Assembly (NCBI GenBank): GCA_051294375.1 | Contig: CM119264.1 | Location: forward strand, 6,698,730 to 6,762,729 | DNA from: Paraspadella gotoi | Lineage: Eukaryota > Animalia > Chaetognatha | Reading direction: 5' to 3' | Length of the DNA: 64,000 bases | Shown: in pieces, positions 36,221 through 51,066 of the stretch | Numbering within the stretch: the stretch's first letter is position 1 | Layout of the letters: each line of letters starts with the position of its first letter | Position numbers and translations under genes: made by a program | Notes under the pieces: generated by a model | What the model was told of the DNA's origin: nothing | Database searches by the model: none | What the model saw: the letters and a program-made list of their open reading frames with translations, nothing else

Positions 36221-36529
36221 GTTCGTTTGAAATAGAAGATGGGAGACGGTTGAATGAGTAACTTGCGAGACAGGATATAGACATATAGACGGAGACTTGG
36301 TTGAGGCTTATTAGACTGATGCTCGTCGACTTCACGATATCATCAGAAATCCAACTGATCCACAGGAACCTTTCTTTATAAGAACTGACCAAATTGACCG
36401 ACAAAGAGACTACGCGGTTCGAAAGGATCGCAGGATCTCGAGGCACTCTCCTTCAACATGGANNNNNNNNNNNNNNNNNNNNNNNNNGCGCGAAATCTCT
36501 AGTCATATTTTGCACAAACTACGTACTGC

Positions 36530-37072
36530 AAAGGCGAAAGTCGATTGTAGATAGCAATATTCACGCCCATCAGCTAGTACATATGTCTCTTTTTCTTCCG
36601 GTCCACACTATAAAACTATTCATGTCTCTCTTCCAAAACGTTCACGTATTCGTCTGGTAATTTTTGTCCAATCATCATCACGTAAAGGCGGAGTCTCGGT
36701 GTCGAGACTTAGATTTAAATCCTCGATTCAATCATTCGTTTTCCGCCTTTTTTTTTTCTCCCCATTTTCCCGCCCTTTTTTATTTTTTCTTTCTTTTTTT
36801 TTCCGCCGATAAAGACGCAATCAAGACTCATAATAAAAGGTAACGATTTTGGCCTGAGGCCGAAATAAGAAAAAATGAACAAATGTCGACGGGGGAAAAA
36901 AAAAGAAAAAGAAAGTTATTGAAAGAAAAACTTAGAAGAAAATAAGAAGTGATTGTCGGAGACTTGTAGCGTCCGCCCTTTCTCTCTCTCTCTCTCTCTT
37001 CTCTCTCTCTGTCCTCTGGTCTTCTTTCTCTCTCTCTCTCTCTCTCTCTCTCCTCTCTCTCCTCTCTCTCCT

Positions 37073-37127
<55 letters not shown>

Positions 37128-37640
37128 CTCTTCAGAACTCTCGCTACTACTGTTCTCCGACAAATCACTTCTTATTTTCTTCTAGTTTTTCTGTTCCAAT
37201 AACTTCTTTTTCTTTTTTTTTCCCCCGTCGACATTTGTTCATTTTTTTCTTATTTCGCCTTCAGGCCAAAAATCGTTACCTTATTATGAGTCTTGATTGC
37301 ACGGTCTTTATCCGGCGGAAAAAAAAAAAAAAGGAAAGGAAAAAAAAAAAAAAGGGCGGGGGGGGGAAATGGGGGAGAAAAAAAAAAAAAAGGCGGGGGA
37401 AAAAAACGAAATTGATTGAATCGAGGCATTTAAATCTCTTTAGTCTCGACACCGAAGGACTCCGCCTTTACGTGATGTATGATTGGACAAAATTACCAGA
37501 CGGAATTACCGTTGGAACTTTTGGAAAGAGAGACATGAATAGTTTTGTAGTGTGGACCGGGAAGAAAATGAGACATTGTACTTAGCTTGAATGGCACGTG
37601 AATATTTGCTATCACTACAATCGACTTTCGCCTCTTTGCA
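36530..37640. repeat. Fold-back palindrome with ~440-500-bp arms around a CT-rich spacer
   Basis: About 36530-36971 is the reverse complement of about 37141-37640; part of the arms matches 24281-24470. The right arm carries extra homopolymer bases. Confidence 0.85.
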
Positions 37641-39599
37641 AGACGTAGTAATCTAGCTGAGGCCCCGCGGAAACAGGTGGAAAAACTAGAAAAGTTCTCT
37701 CAAATAAATAACTGATTTAAAGTGACTGTTAGAGAGAGAATATGAAAAAAAATAATTTTAAAACCAATTATCTTATAATAAGCCCACGGAAGCATTAAAG
37801 ATTTATTTATTACTATTATAAAGTTAAAAATTTTTGATTGAATTCAATTTTTTAATGGATTCTGAATAGAGCTTTAAAAGTAGAAGATAAGGTTATGAAT
37901 ACAATTTTAAAATTTTTTTTTGTTTAATGATAAAAAATTTTTTAAAAAACATATAAAAATTCAGCCAATGACTGATGATGATGATGATTTAACGTTTTTT
38001 CTGTTTATTAACCAATTTCTTTGTCAAAATTTTTAAAATTGTCTCAGACTAACTTCATAAACTTTTCAACGCTATAGGAATCCGCTCTTAAAAACTAATT
38101 TTTTTTTAAAAAAAAATTTTCGTCATTTGTATTATATTTAATAATATTTAAAAGCTTCACGTTGTTGCAAACAATCCAGAACTAATTCAAAAAAAGTGTG
38201 TTATATTAAAAATCGATTAGTAATAGAAGGAAAAAGGACATTTTTTTTTCTGTGAGTATTCTTGAACGAGAATTAAAGTTTAAAAACGTGTTTCAATTAG
38301 GCCCCGCCTTTTGAGTACGTAGTTTGTGCAAAATATACTAGAGATTTCGCGCACATTTCCAAATTTGACTCCAAATTTTCCAGTTCAATTGACGATCTAT
38401 TCGGAATGAGATCTATAAATAGGAAACGACAGGGTTGGGTATTGAAGTTCACGACGGCGTTGCCAGTTGTGAAAAAAAAAAAACGTGAGAGAATCGGAGG
38501 ATCGGAGGATTTCCAAAAAACAACAAACGTTTCGTTCTTCGATCTTTCTTTTGGATGAGATTTGTACGAAAATCGATTCCTAGCGCCATCTCTCTCGTAT
38601 CCTCGCACCTCGTCGCAAATAACAAATTCTCTTGCGTACGTGCGAAACTATTTTTTTCTTCTTCTTTTTTTTTTTTACTTTTTTTGAGAATCTTGTGTAA
38701 TTTTTTTGATCGGACGCGAGTAAAGTTGGATTAAAAAAAAAAAAAAAAAATTGGAGTCTTTGGGATCGAGAGCGAATTTTAGCCAAAATTTCACTATTTT
38801 TTTCCCTTTTAACAAGATACAAGGGTGTATTAAGTTGGAAGGGTGCGCCCTGTCCACTCGAAGAAAAAAACAAGCCCTAACTTATAGCCAGAATGTCCAA
38901 TCGTCTGAGACGTTTTAGGATCATCAGTCGTCGATATTGTAAATAACTGGCGTGAGGGGGGGGGTTACTTCCACACTTTCACCAAGCATTCGCATTTCGC
39001 ATTCGCTTTAAGTCCCCAACACTGCATCACACTTTTTTCCAAAAAATAGGTTTCAAAAATATTTTTTAAAATATTTTTATTTAAATTTCGAGACATTTAA
39101 TCGAAGAAAATTGTGGGGGGGAGGGGAGGAGGAGCAGAGGAAGAAGAGGAAGAAAAAATAGTGAAGGAGGAGGAGGAGGAAGAGGAGGAGAGGCATTTTA
39201 GCGATTGCAACGATTTGTTGACTTAGTGCGCATTCCGATTTTTGAGGAAAAAGTGAGAAAAATTAAAAGTTCTTTTCCGTGAGAAGGAAAAAGGAGAAAG
39301 AGGAGGGGTGAGCTGGGACGGAGGCAGGGGAGAGAAAGAAAAGAACGAAAGAAAGCAAAATAAGAAAGGAAAGACCAAAAAAAAAAAATTAGTTTTAAAG
39401 TCAAAGGTTAAGAGCGAACACGCCTCTCCGTCTCTGTACCGCTCATGATCTCTGTCTCTGTCTAGCCGCACGAATAGACTAAAATGAAAAAAAACTCGCC
39501 GACGATCCTTTTCAATTCGAGATGTCACAGATTAACGTGTTAAGAACTTCAAGGATGGAATTTCAGAAGGCGCTTCTATTTCCTCTTCCAAGGGTCCGC

Positions 39600-39637
<38 letters not shown>

Positions 39638-39895
39638 CGTGTCTCTCGGTCTTTTTGAGGGGCGGCCGGTTGACGTGACGAGAGCTGACACTCAAAGAAG
39701 CCGCTTCCGCCCCGGGGCTAAATTGAGGGTCGAGCTTCGACGTCGCCCACCCGTTTTGCGTCACCCTATTGGTCGATATCCGTCACGTGGGCTCAGGTGT
39801 CGTGTCATTGGTCGGAGAAAAAACTTGTAAAATTAAACGGAGAAGAAACAACGCTTAATAAAGTTGAGAGGAGGCCGCCGTACCGACGACCAAAC

Positions 39896-39968
<73 letters not shown>

Positions 39969-40428
39969 AGAGAGAGAAGAGAGAGAGAGAGAGAAGAGAG
40001 AGAAGAGAGAGAGAGAGATTTTAAAAGGCAATTTTGGAAAAACATATCAGTATCACGGCGTTTTTTTTTTTCTGTCCGGGATAAATTAAGTCAATTATTA
40101 TTCTAATTACATTATTAATATGATGTGTGGACGTTAAGTGCTTTTGTCGGGTTTTATGGTCTTTTTTCGTTCGAATGGCTTGGCAAAAGGTTTCAAGAAT
40201 TCAGTTTTTTCTTTTCTTTTACTGCAAATCATGTTCCTTGGGATTATCATTGACGTAAATAAATTTACATCTACAAATTGAGCAACAGTAAAATTTTGAG
40301 CGAAACTAGAAAAAAAAATATAATTAAAATTTTAAAGAAATTGGAACTTATATTACTTTGATTATATTGATAAACAATTTTGCATTTGACTCATTTACTT
40401 TAATAGTTACTATGTAATATCGTCACAG

Positions 40429-41958
40429 CACGCTAGCAATCGCGCCCTGATGCGGCAAAGAATGCAAATGTCACGGAATGTCGGGCAGCTGCACCGTGAA
40501 GACCTGTTGGATGCGCCTGCCGAACTTTCGCATCGTCGGCGCTCGACTCAAGGAGCGATTCGACGGCGCCTCCAGAATCACCACGGTTAGCTATTTTAAT
40601 TTTGTTATTTAAAGATATTCACCATATTTTAGTCTTTGTTTGTCTGAAGCTCCTAGGCTCATTTAAATTATTGAAAACATTGTATATAATACGGATAATG
40701 AAAGAATTAGTTATATCAAGTATAAGTTATAAATGTTGCTCAGTGAAAACGGTCCTATTACGCCTTACAGTTTACCAATGCCATTCCGCATGGGCCAAGG
40801 ATACAAGTTTTGATTTTGAGCTTAATTTCCTACTCGACTGTTGTAGCGGACCTCTCGAGAGCTCAAAAGTCGGGAGCTGAAAAATGTTTTTGATAAAGAC
40901 AAAAATAGCATTAAGTAGTCTTCGAAGTCAGGAGGCAAAATAATTATTGTTTTAGTTGTGCCGCGAGTACTCGCTGAGCAACTCTAACTCAGTATAAGTC
41001 ACTTTTCGGTCGGTCTGTGGACGGTCCGTAAGTATGTTTGATCCGTCGGTCTGTCCCACTTACATTAAAAAACGCATAAACTAATTTCCCTATAATTGTT
41101 AAGACAGAAAAAAACCGAAATCAAGGACTGCATCACCGCCTTCAGGAATTCCCTAATAACTAAAAGACGGAACTTTAATAAAGTTATGTCATATCACATC
41201 ATATCATATCATGTTATATCATATCCATATCATGAGATTAAAAAAAAATATATATAAAAATAAAATCCTTGCGGCGCAACTCATTAGAAACACCGGTCTT
41301 GTTTATTAATTGAAGAATATTGGATAATTCTTTATTGTTGTATTAATATAATAAATCAATGTACTGTAAATATTGCAGCAGCGCGGCCTCCGACGTTTGG
41401 GCAAAAAAAATAAAATATAATTAAAATTTAAATAATTATTATTAACCAAATGATATTAATCGTTTGATTAAATTCAGCAAACAGTGGGAGTCTTAGAAGC
41501 GGAATCGCGCGTGACGACTTTCCAACCCTTCAATCCAACTCACAAAATTCCCACAGAAAAGGATTTAGTTTTATTCGACAATTCGCCCAATTTCTGCGAC
41601 GATCGCAACCCGGCAGAGGAATGCTTGTAATTATCACGATGGTTGCCGTTTCCTTTATGAATCAGTATATTTTATGCAAAGCTTTTTTTTTTTGTACATT
41701 ATACTCGTAATACCTTTTAGTTCCGTCTTTTCCTTCTTCAAAACTCTCATAATTAATTAATAATATTTTACCAGAACGAAGACCCGCGACTGCAACGCCA
41801 CCTCGCTCGGCGTCGATGGCTGCGACCTGATGTGCTGCGGCGGGGCTTTCGCACAGAAACTCTTATCGTCGAGGAAAGGTGCAACTGCACCTCCATTGGT
41901 GCTGCGAAGTCAAGTGCGACAAGTGCCTTCACACGAAACGTTACACAAGTGCCTTTAA
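40429..41958 (+). pseudogene. WNT1: Frameshifted copy of Wnt1 exons 7-9 (in copy 3)
   Basis: Recognisable exon sequence with indels (e.g. cggcaaagaatgc for cggcaagaatgc). Confidence 0.7.
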
Positions 41959-44318
41959 AATCGAAAAAAAAAAGTGCCTTTCGGTAAACCAAACAACAAA
42001 AAGTGCCACTAAGAATAAACTAATTAAAAATACTAGAAAAGAACAGGGAAGGCCAAAGACAATTATAAACTCCAGCCGCCAGAAGAAAACTTACCCAACG
42101 ATGAGAAAAGAGGGGCGCTGAAAGTTCTCTACTCATTTCTCGTACTTAGTACAGAAGTCAAAAGTGACGCTACCACCAAATAAGTATTTTTTTCTTTGTT
42201 ATATCTTTACTGAGCGATATGTCGTCGTAAGCTTTCACATATCATAATAGTTGAATTAATACAAAAGCATGTAATATTAGATAGACAATTAGTAATTATA
42301 CAATTGAATTATTTTACCTGTTGTCACGTGTAAATAATGTTGTATCTTATTGGATGTCGAATATTTTAATTGCGTTATCGTTTTGATATTTATTAAGCAA
42401 TGAAAGGTTTGTTCTTGCATGAATAAACACATATAGAAATTGTTCACGAGATCCATATTTCATTGGTAATTTACTCAATATATTCTTAAACTGACAGATG
42501 AGAAAGTCCAAACCCCCACGCCGAACGCTTTTGACTACGTGCTGCGTTGAGTAGATTTTCGTAATTTCAGATCAGTAGGATCCTAGAAGGAAGCAGCTGC
42601 GAGGATGTCCTTAGGTTGTCACGTTGAAAGTGGGATGGATCGGTCAACCCGCGCGTACGCACTGGCCTCCCGTTAGATCAAAAAGCTCTGGGACGCTCCA
42701 TTTGTCGCAACGTGTGACACCTTTCGAGGCGGGTGGCCTTGTAAAAGTAAGATTCAATCTATATTCCTTCGTCATACATAAGTGAACCTTTATAAGAGAT
42801 TGAAGGCATCCGGCGCCCCCTGTCTGAAAATCTCGTTCACGCTTAGTTCCAAACTAATCCAATTTGACAATTCAATTCTGACTTTTTTTAAGTAAATTTT
42901 TCAAGTCATTGTTATATATAATATTGAGAGATCTGAGAAGCTATATACTTACAGTGTTAAAGTAATTTTATGCAGAATAGCAATCAAAATTTATTTGTCT
43001 GACTAGGCGAAAGGAGCAACTTAGAAAAATTGAAACGTTATAATCGCAGCAGCACGAATCTATTGCTTTGGCATCATTTTTAACTGGCACGTAAACAAAA
43101 TCGCATCGACTGATGGGACACAGATGACGTCAAAAACTAGCGACGACGCGTGACACGGGGAAAGCGGCGGGAACGATTCACGTGAGAGGAACGCCACCCC
43201 ATAAAAAAAAGGGGGGGAAAAAAAAGCGAAAAAAAATCGGAGATGCTGTGGGGGAGAGGTGGGAACGGTAGGATTGGCGGGACTGTGGGGAGGTCGGGTG
43301 GCTGTCGGGACGAAGGGGAAAGGAGGTGGGGATGGAATAAACGGCGATTCGGCACGAGACGTCGCTTCCAGAAAAGAACTCGCTCTTCTCGTCGTCGTTC
43401 GTCGCTCGTACAAATGATGCGCTGCTTGAAGGATTCGATTCGAATTTCGCTAACGAGAGAGAATCCCATCGAAAAAAATAAATCTGGTTCGATCATGAGT
43501 CAGCCGTGGAAATCGCGCTAAATATTTTTTTATGTATACACGTTATTTTAATATTTAGAAATTCTCATTGTTAAAAATACATTAAAAGCAATCTTTGCGC
43601 AAGCATTGTCATCTTCTGAAAAAAATGTCTTTTAATCATATCTATTAGCTTGTGGTTAATTCATCGGATAAATATTTTAGTGGCGACCACAATTCGAATC
43701 ATTCATGATCGAAAGTTAGAAAAAAGTTTATTAAAAAGCAGCTTTGCTAAAAAACACGATAAAACGCTTATCTCGGAAATCCATTACAAATTTTATAGTA
43801 GTTAACCCGATTGTCGGGAATGAATTTGACATAATTCTGACCAAAACGAGAAGAAGAAAAATACTATTACAAAGAGAATAAAAAAAACTGGAAAAGCATT
43901 AGCCTTGATTCGGATTTTAATTTGTTCGAGGATCTAAACGGAGAAAAGTTGTGATTCGGCAAGGGAGAGGGCGAAAGAGGGAGAGGGCAATCTGAAAGGA
44001 ACAGAGGGTGAAAAGGAAGTCGGAAATTCAAAAGAAAAATAGGAGATTAAGAGAGAATAAGAGAAAGAAAAAAGGAAAGGGAACAAAGAAAAGAAATGCC
44101 GCGCAGGGAAAAGATCAAGAGAAGTAACGAAAATGGAGAAAATAAAAGAAGAAAAGGTAAAAAGAGACATAAATTAAAAAAAAATGAGCGAAAAAAAAAA
44201 TAACGGAAAAATAAAAATGAAAAAAGAAAAGATTTAATTAAGAGGGAAGGAAAAACTCAAAGCGTAAAGTTTCAGAGTTAGGAATTAGAGGGTGGGCGGG
44301 AAATGACCGGAGGGAGCC

Positions 44319-47300
44319 TCAGTTGGATGCGCCGGTTGGCGGTTGTCTGTGAGGACGAAGGGTCGGGGAAGCGAAATCCAGAGCCGGAGCCGACGTCATC
44401 GGTGGAGCAGCGAAGGATCCAGGAAACTGAGGAGGCCAATCGCCGGCTAGGAAAAAGGAAGATGGTGGGGACGTAAGTAATGAATAATGACTCGATCGTC
44501 TTTTTACTATGAATATCTGGAATAAATAAAATCAGTTGAGAAAAAGTTTTTTTTTCTCATTCAATATTCATCCCAACCTTGAAAAACTGTTTTCTTTTAA
44601 ATATATTTGGACTAAAACAAAGTAATATAGGAAAAGTGACTCTGCTCCACATAAGCACTTCGTCTCCTCCGGAAGAGGCTACGAGCGGCGGGCAGGCGGG
44701 CGAATAAGAAGCGCTATTCCAATTTAAACTAAAAGATGGTGTATTTTGACAGGGGGAGGATATCAACTCGAAGTTTGAGACCACTTAGAGATGTTTGGAA
44801 TTGTTTCTCTTTCTCGCCTCTCTCAAAAGGTCAATTATCGCGATTTAAACGCGCTACAGAAACCATTGAAATTTTACACAATACTTCCATTTTTTCCCTA
44901 AACTGACAAAACTCAGGGCTGACTCAATTAAGACGAGCATAAGAGATGACTCACGATTGACCGCCGACGGAAAACGACGGTCGGAGGAAGTCGGTTGTTG
45001 GGCATTCCTCCGCAAAGCTGTTGAGACGCGGATGCTGCTGCGCTTGTTTGCGGCAGATTCTGGTTGAAGAGAGGCCCGTTGATGAGAGAGGAGTGATTGA
45101 CACCGGCCAAGGTCGGGAGGAAAGCGGAGGAGGCGTTTCCTTGGGAATGGGCGCCTGTTGCGTCGGCTCCGACAGTTCGGTCAATTGCTGAAAAAAAAAT
45201 TCAATTAACCTATCGTTCTACCTTAAACAATCACAAAAACTAAAACGTCAGCAATCAATCCCCACCTGCAAAGACTTCATCCAGTGTGGTTGATCATCTT
45301 GACCTCCTCTGACCTCTGGGCCGCTTCTCAGAGGGTAGTTGTTTTTTGTTGTTGTTTTTATTGAACTGCTTCGAGTTGGCCGCCGTGACGATGGCAGGTC
45401 GTCCCAAGGAGGGAGCGTGTGGAAACCCTGTCAATTTTTTAAAAATTAACAAAAAATTAGGTTATGAAAAGAATAAAAACAGAATACACCGAACAAATAT
45501 AAAATAACGAACAAAAGTGAGTATTAATGTATACTACTAAGTTTTTTTTAATTAACGCAGCCTGATAAAGAATTCAAAAAACAACGATTAGACCACCTTC
45601 CTTCGAGAGTGGGCAGTTCTACGACCTCGTGTTCTAACCCTTCACCAGAAGCCACCGTTGGAGTTGGCCATCGAATCGAGACTGGTTCCTTGTTCGAAGC
45701 TTTGATGTTGACGTTCGGGGAGCGCGCGGAAGCCCTCTTGCCAATCCTTGACCGAAGAGTTTTAGAGGGCGACCCGAGTGCATGAGACCGGATCCCGATC
45801 CGGTGGCTAAAAGTGGAAAAAGAAAGAAAGCGAGAGGGTAAATTATTTTTTTGTTTTCGAAAAAAAAAAGGCGGCCAAATATCGAATTATTAAAATCGAT
45901 TACTGTACTTAGTAGGTATAAGGAAGAAGCGACCGACAAATAAGTACTATAAGAATTCAAAAGGCTTTTGTTTTTTAAATTTTGCTTGTTAAAATCTTTC
46001 CACATAGAAACTAAAAGATTTAATCGGGCCATGTAGACTTGAGGTGTTCATTGAGGTTAACGTCATGCAGCATGCTAAAACTAAAAAAATCAGTATTTAA
46101 ATCTTTTTCGCCTATAATCTCGATTTATCTCGAGCTAAATATCAAAACTAGTTTCTACGAAAACAAGTTCACGTCGATTGACGGACAACACCCAAAGACG
46201 CGAGACACCGCCCCGAACGAGGTTGACGAAAGGAAGATCGTTACCCGAAGCGCGATGCTGGGAGCCGTAAGAGTTGAAGCCTCTGCGACGAAGGAAGCGG
46301 AGTCCAGCGTCGCCGAATCCTCCGTTGACTTTGGAGGAAGAGGCGGGGATTAAAGGAGGAGTTGAAAGAGACTGGGCGGGGAAGGGGCTCGGGGTCGCCT
46401 CGACTCTTTCTTGCCGGGTCTCAAGTTCATCAGCCCAAGCATTTTCGAGTAGCTCTGCTGGTTCTGAACTTGCTGTTGCTGCTGCTGCTGTTGTTGGTCG
46501 AGAGGAAACAACGAATTGCGCTCTCAATCCAACTTGGACCACGTGCCTCTTCCGAGAAATCGTCGATCGGAATTGGCTGGCAAATTCATAGCCCTGGGAA
46601 AAAAAAAAAGAAAATCGAACCGAAAAGAACGCTATTATTTTGAAACAACAATTTTTATGAGTAGAAACCTAAGTAGACCTTCAAACCTTACCTGTCTCAT
46701 GAGATTGTCGTGCGAAAAACCGGGAGGAAGCCTTTGAGCGGCGGCAGCGTTGCCGTAAAGAGTTTGTTGACCGTCAGTTCCCGGCGGAGGCGGTGGCCCA
46801 CGGATGCCGATATCGTAGTCGATCGCATCTGTTGTTGCTGCTGCTGCCGCTGCAAATCCGATTGATTTGGCGCGTCGCTGCCGGGGAGATTGTCGAAGAG
46901 CAGGGAGCGGAGATAATACTCCGTCTGCTGTTGTGCTGCTGTGTTGCGGGAGGGCAGAGGAGGCCGAAAAAGGCGAGAACTTGGCTGGTTCGAGGAGAAA
47001 AACCGGGCGGATGTGACGGAGACGCGAGGAATTCTGTGGGAGAGTTTTCGAAAAAAGATGACATTTGAAAAGGAGTAACTCGGCAAGAAGGCAATACCTT
47101 GGAGACATCCGCTGAGGCAGATTCTCCCAACTGATGTTGTTGGATTAGTCCGTCGAGCAACGAAGGAGGGTTCGAACTGGAATTGACGACGTGGTTGGAC
47201 GGGATAATTCGATTTGTAGGGAGGAGAATGTTGGGACTGGGAAAGTGGAACTGTTTTGGGACAGAATGAGAAAGGGGACGAGAGCGATTATCTTTCTGAG

Positions 47301-50300
47301 AGGGTAGTAGCGAGATTTTAATATTTTTAAGAATAACTTCACTAAGAATTTGGTTTGTTAACAAACTTTAAATTTGTTTTGTATTTTGATTATATGTCGT
47401 TTTTACATGGAAACAGTTTTTTAAAAGTAAAGCATTCGTGATTTTTTGTTCAGTAATCTCCCATTTTTTTTTTTAAAATCATCACAGAGGAAGAAACTAG
47501 AAAACAGGAAATGATAAGAAAGAGGATATCGGAAGAGCAAGAAGATTCTGGAAGGATTTCGGTGCCAAATCTAAATCTTTAACTGTATTACTTTTCAGAT
47601 AGAGAGAAACCATGGTTACCTCCATACCTGTGGCGGTCGATCTCTTGTCCGCGACTCGCGAAATCAAATCAGCGAGACCTCGTTGCGACTCGCCAAAACC
47701 GGATCGAAACCTAAATCCTCGTCTTCATCCTCCAGACTCTTTCTAGATCCTTGGCGGTAAAGTAGGACGGAAAGTTTTCATTTAACACATTTCAATTAAC
47801 TCACACAAGCAGTGAATAGTAAACAAGCACTTCACCAACAAGCACCTTGTTTTCTGGGGAATTTGAAAGGCGGCGGACCAGTCGTTTCTCTTTAGCTTCT
47901 GCTCTGTCGGCTTCTTCGACATGACGGCGGCCACGGCGCGGAGGATTCAAGTCGGGCCGCAGACGGACACGGATGTACGTGACTGTCGGTCTGAAATTAG
48001 AAGATGGAGACGGATTGAATAGTAACTTTCAAACGGAAATAGACATATAGACGGACTTTGGTTGGCTTATTTATGTGATGTGCTCGTCTACTTCACGACA
48101 TCATCAGAAATCCAACTGATCACAGACCTTTTCTTTAAACTGACCAATGACCGACAAAGGAGACTACCCGGTCGGAAGGTCAGAGGGATCTCGAGGCATC
48201 CTCCTCAACATGGAAACTCAAGAACAACTTCATTCAATTATGAAATAATTAAATATTTGTCATCACCTTTGTCATCGTGTCGTTTTATTCGTGTCGGTTT
48301 AGAATATAATATTACAATATTAATTATATTGTACTATGAAAACAAAATAACTTGCTTACCTTGTCACTAACTTCCAAAACAACAACGATTATGCTAAATA
48401 TTAATTATAAATAAATCTGAGAAGTCAAGTTGACCGTCCGGGCTCAAACATTGGTATAAGTAATTCGCAAAATTATTAAATGTAAAAATTCTAATTATAA
48501 GATAGTTTATTAATTGTAAAATAATTATCCCTTTCCAAGTTTTCTCTCACCTGAAATAAACTGCTGTTCGGATTCGTCGTCGTCATTGATCGGGATTTTA
48601 CTGCGAGGTCGGGAAATGATTCGGGCGGAGCGGAGGAGACGGGAAAGACCCTCGTTCAAATGAGGAGACCCCTCGGCGAATGGGATTCGCCCCGGGAGTC
48701 CGTTCGGGGCGAAGCGTCGGGAGTGAGAGAGCGGGACTGCGCGGACCGCTGGAGCGGTGGGTAGGACGTGGGACGAGCGGTCGCAAGGCACCGTCGTCAG
48801 AGGGGCGCTGTGCGCACAGGAAGACGTCCTTGGACGCCTCGACAAGCAGTACCGCTCGAAGGTGGAGAGAGGGAGCGAATTTCGGGAGGAGGGGAGGGGG
48901 AAGAGGAAAACTGGGGAGAGGGAGAAGGGAGGGGGAAGAAGGCGGCGTGGCGTAAACCGGCGCGTTCTTCGCTACCACAGCTTTCTTTCTGCGGACTAGT
49001 TTGCTGCTTGCGCTTTCTGCTACTCGACGGCCTCGGACTGTCGCGAGAGGAAGGTTCCGCGACTTGTTCTTTCGGCGTGACGCCCTTGTGGGCGCCACCA
49101 CCCACCCCTGCCGCCTTTTTTCGCGCCACAGGGTCTTCCTTTGCACTTTCTTCTTGGCTGGACTTTTCTCCCTTAACAAGATGACCTTTCCCGGCGACGC
49201 TCCGGCGCGCATTTTTCCGCGCTTTTCTCGATTGTTTGCTCTGCTGTTGCGCTTTTTGTTGTTGTTATTTGTTATATTGTTTATTTCCCTCCGGCCGCCG
49301 CTTTTTTCGAGTCGGCGCCGGTCTACTTCTTCTAAAGCGCCTGATGGCGAATCCTTCTTACGCTCCTCTTCTCCCTTTCTTCGCTTTCTCCTTGTCCCTC
49401 TCCGACCGGCGCCGTCTCCATGGCGACGGGGCCGACCTCCGCATCGCCTCTCTATCACCGCCTTCGTTCCGCGACGGCCCACGCCAATCGTTGCCATTGA
49501 CTGATCTGTGGAGAGGACGCCACCTCCGTCGGCGTCGGCTCCTTGCGATCCGCTGAGGAATCTCGATAGAACGAGAAATCTGACGAAGGAAGGAAAGAAA
49601 ATTACAATCCAAATTTTTAAACGAAAAAGAGAAAATGCGTTTGACAGAAATAGTTTTTTCCCCCCAAATATAAATTAAACATTCTCATTCCCGAACCTCA
49701 GGAACGACCGCCGCCACCGCCCCCTTTGGATCCACGAGGGCGGGCCATCGACGACCGGGCGGGGTATCCCGCGACCTATTGGTCGACTTTATGACTCCAC
49801 GTGAGTCCATGACCAGAGTACACGATGGAGGCGGCGGCGGGGCGGAGGAGCGAGGCGACTTGGCTCGCGGTCTTCTTGGGGCCGACTGAAAAACGGAAAA
49901 AAGAGAAATTTTCAGGAGGGAATATCATTTTTACAAAGAAACAGTTCTTATTTTGATTTGATATTAATTAAGAAGAATCATATACATAACGGCCGAGTAA
50001 TAATTTGTTAGCGAACAGACAGCATATTAAAACTAAACTTTTAATTTAAATATAACCGCATTTATCTTAATTTTTAATTAGAGAAGATTAAAATTTAAGT
50101 TTTAAAATTACGTATTATAAAGGATCACAACTAGTCTACGTCCTTCGTTACCAGGATTACGATAACTATTCGAATTCTTATCGAGAATGTAATTTAATTA
50201 ATCAAAAAATTTATAGGAAGTGGCCACGCTATTCGCTGTAAAAAGCCACACGTTCCCCTTCCGTTCCTTTACGATTGTTTGAGTATATGATCTCAACCAT

Positions 50301-51066
50301 CGAGGGAGACGATGGTCGAAAGAGGATGAGCTGTTGCCGGAGGACGAGGACGACGCCGAGTTGGACGCCATCAGAGAATTAGGGGTTTCGTTGGTGGGCG
50401 CGGCCGGGACGGGCGCCGAAGGAAACCCGGACGAGATCCCCCCGCCGTTGGTTTGTCGCGGCGTGAGGAGGGGTTGTCATCTCGCTCCGGTTGGCAGGGT
50501 CTCGTGTCATACCGTTGCTCGACACTCGTATGTTTTCCAACGCTGTTTTTTTTTAACAAGGGAGTAACTTTAATTAATATTACCAAAGATAAACGATAAA
50601 ATATACAGTGGGAATCTATCTAGCAAAAATATGCGTGTTGTTTCCTAATATCATCGTCAATTTACTTAAATTATCAATTGTAGTGTCAAGAATTTAATTT
50701 AAATGAATCTTGTACTGATTTCCTGTCGTCCTTTCCTTCCAAAGCCGGTGCGCTTTGGTCGGCTGGCGGGAGGTGTTAGGATGATATGATCCTGATGGTA
50801 GTCTGATTTTTAGCATGGCAATCTTTTATCGTATACACAGCCTTTAACGTTTTTACAGAACCATTTCTAACCTGCATTCTTCCTTTGTGGAAAGGACGCT
50901 CTCCTTCCTCCCCTTTCGTGCAAGTACATGCAGTCGGGCGCCGCCGGGCCACTGTGGACCGCGTTTGGGGCAGTCGCCGAATTTGGGGAAAGAGGAAACA
51001 ATACTTGCGTGGTCCTCTAGTGAACTTTCACGCGTCCTTCCGTCCACGAATAGATTGTTCACGGCC
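44319..51066 (-). pseudogene. CNOT4: Frameshifted copy of CNOT4 exons 6-17 (in copy 3)
   Basis: Fragments such as AVNNLFVDGRT and RQISRSIEIPQ; lacks the RING exons; heavy indels. Confidence 0.7.

Larger units (their letters stand above)
27565..36462 (-). repeat. Inverted copy 2 of about 15441-24280 (CNOT4 3' part plus Wnt1 3' exons); probable assembly artefact
   Basis: Colinear reverse complement including introns. Differences are mostly 1-nt indels whose density rises toward the 25-N gap at 36463-36487. Confidence 0.92.

Noticed and set aside
28613-41958. A tandem Wnt gene cluster (three Wnt paralogues)
   Set aside because: The extra copies are near-identical including introns, lack exons 1-6 and are frameshifted; they are copies of one Wnt1 segment.
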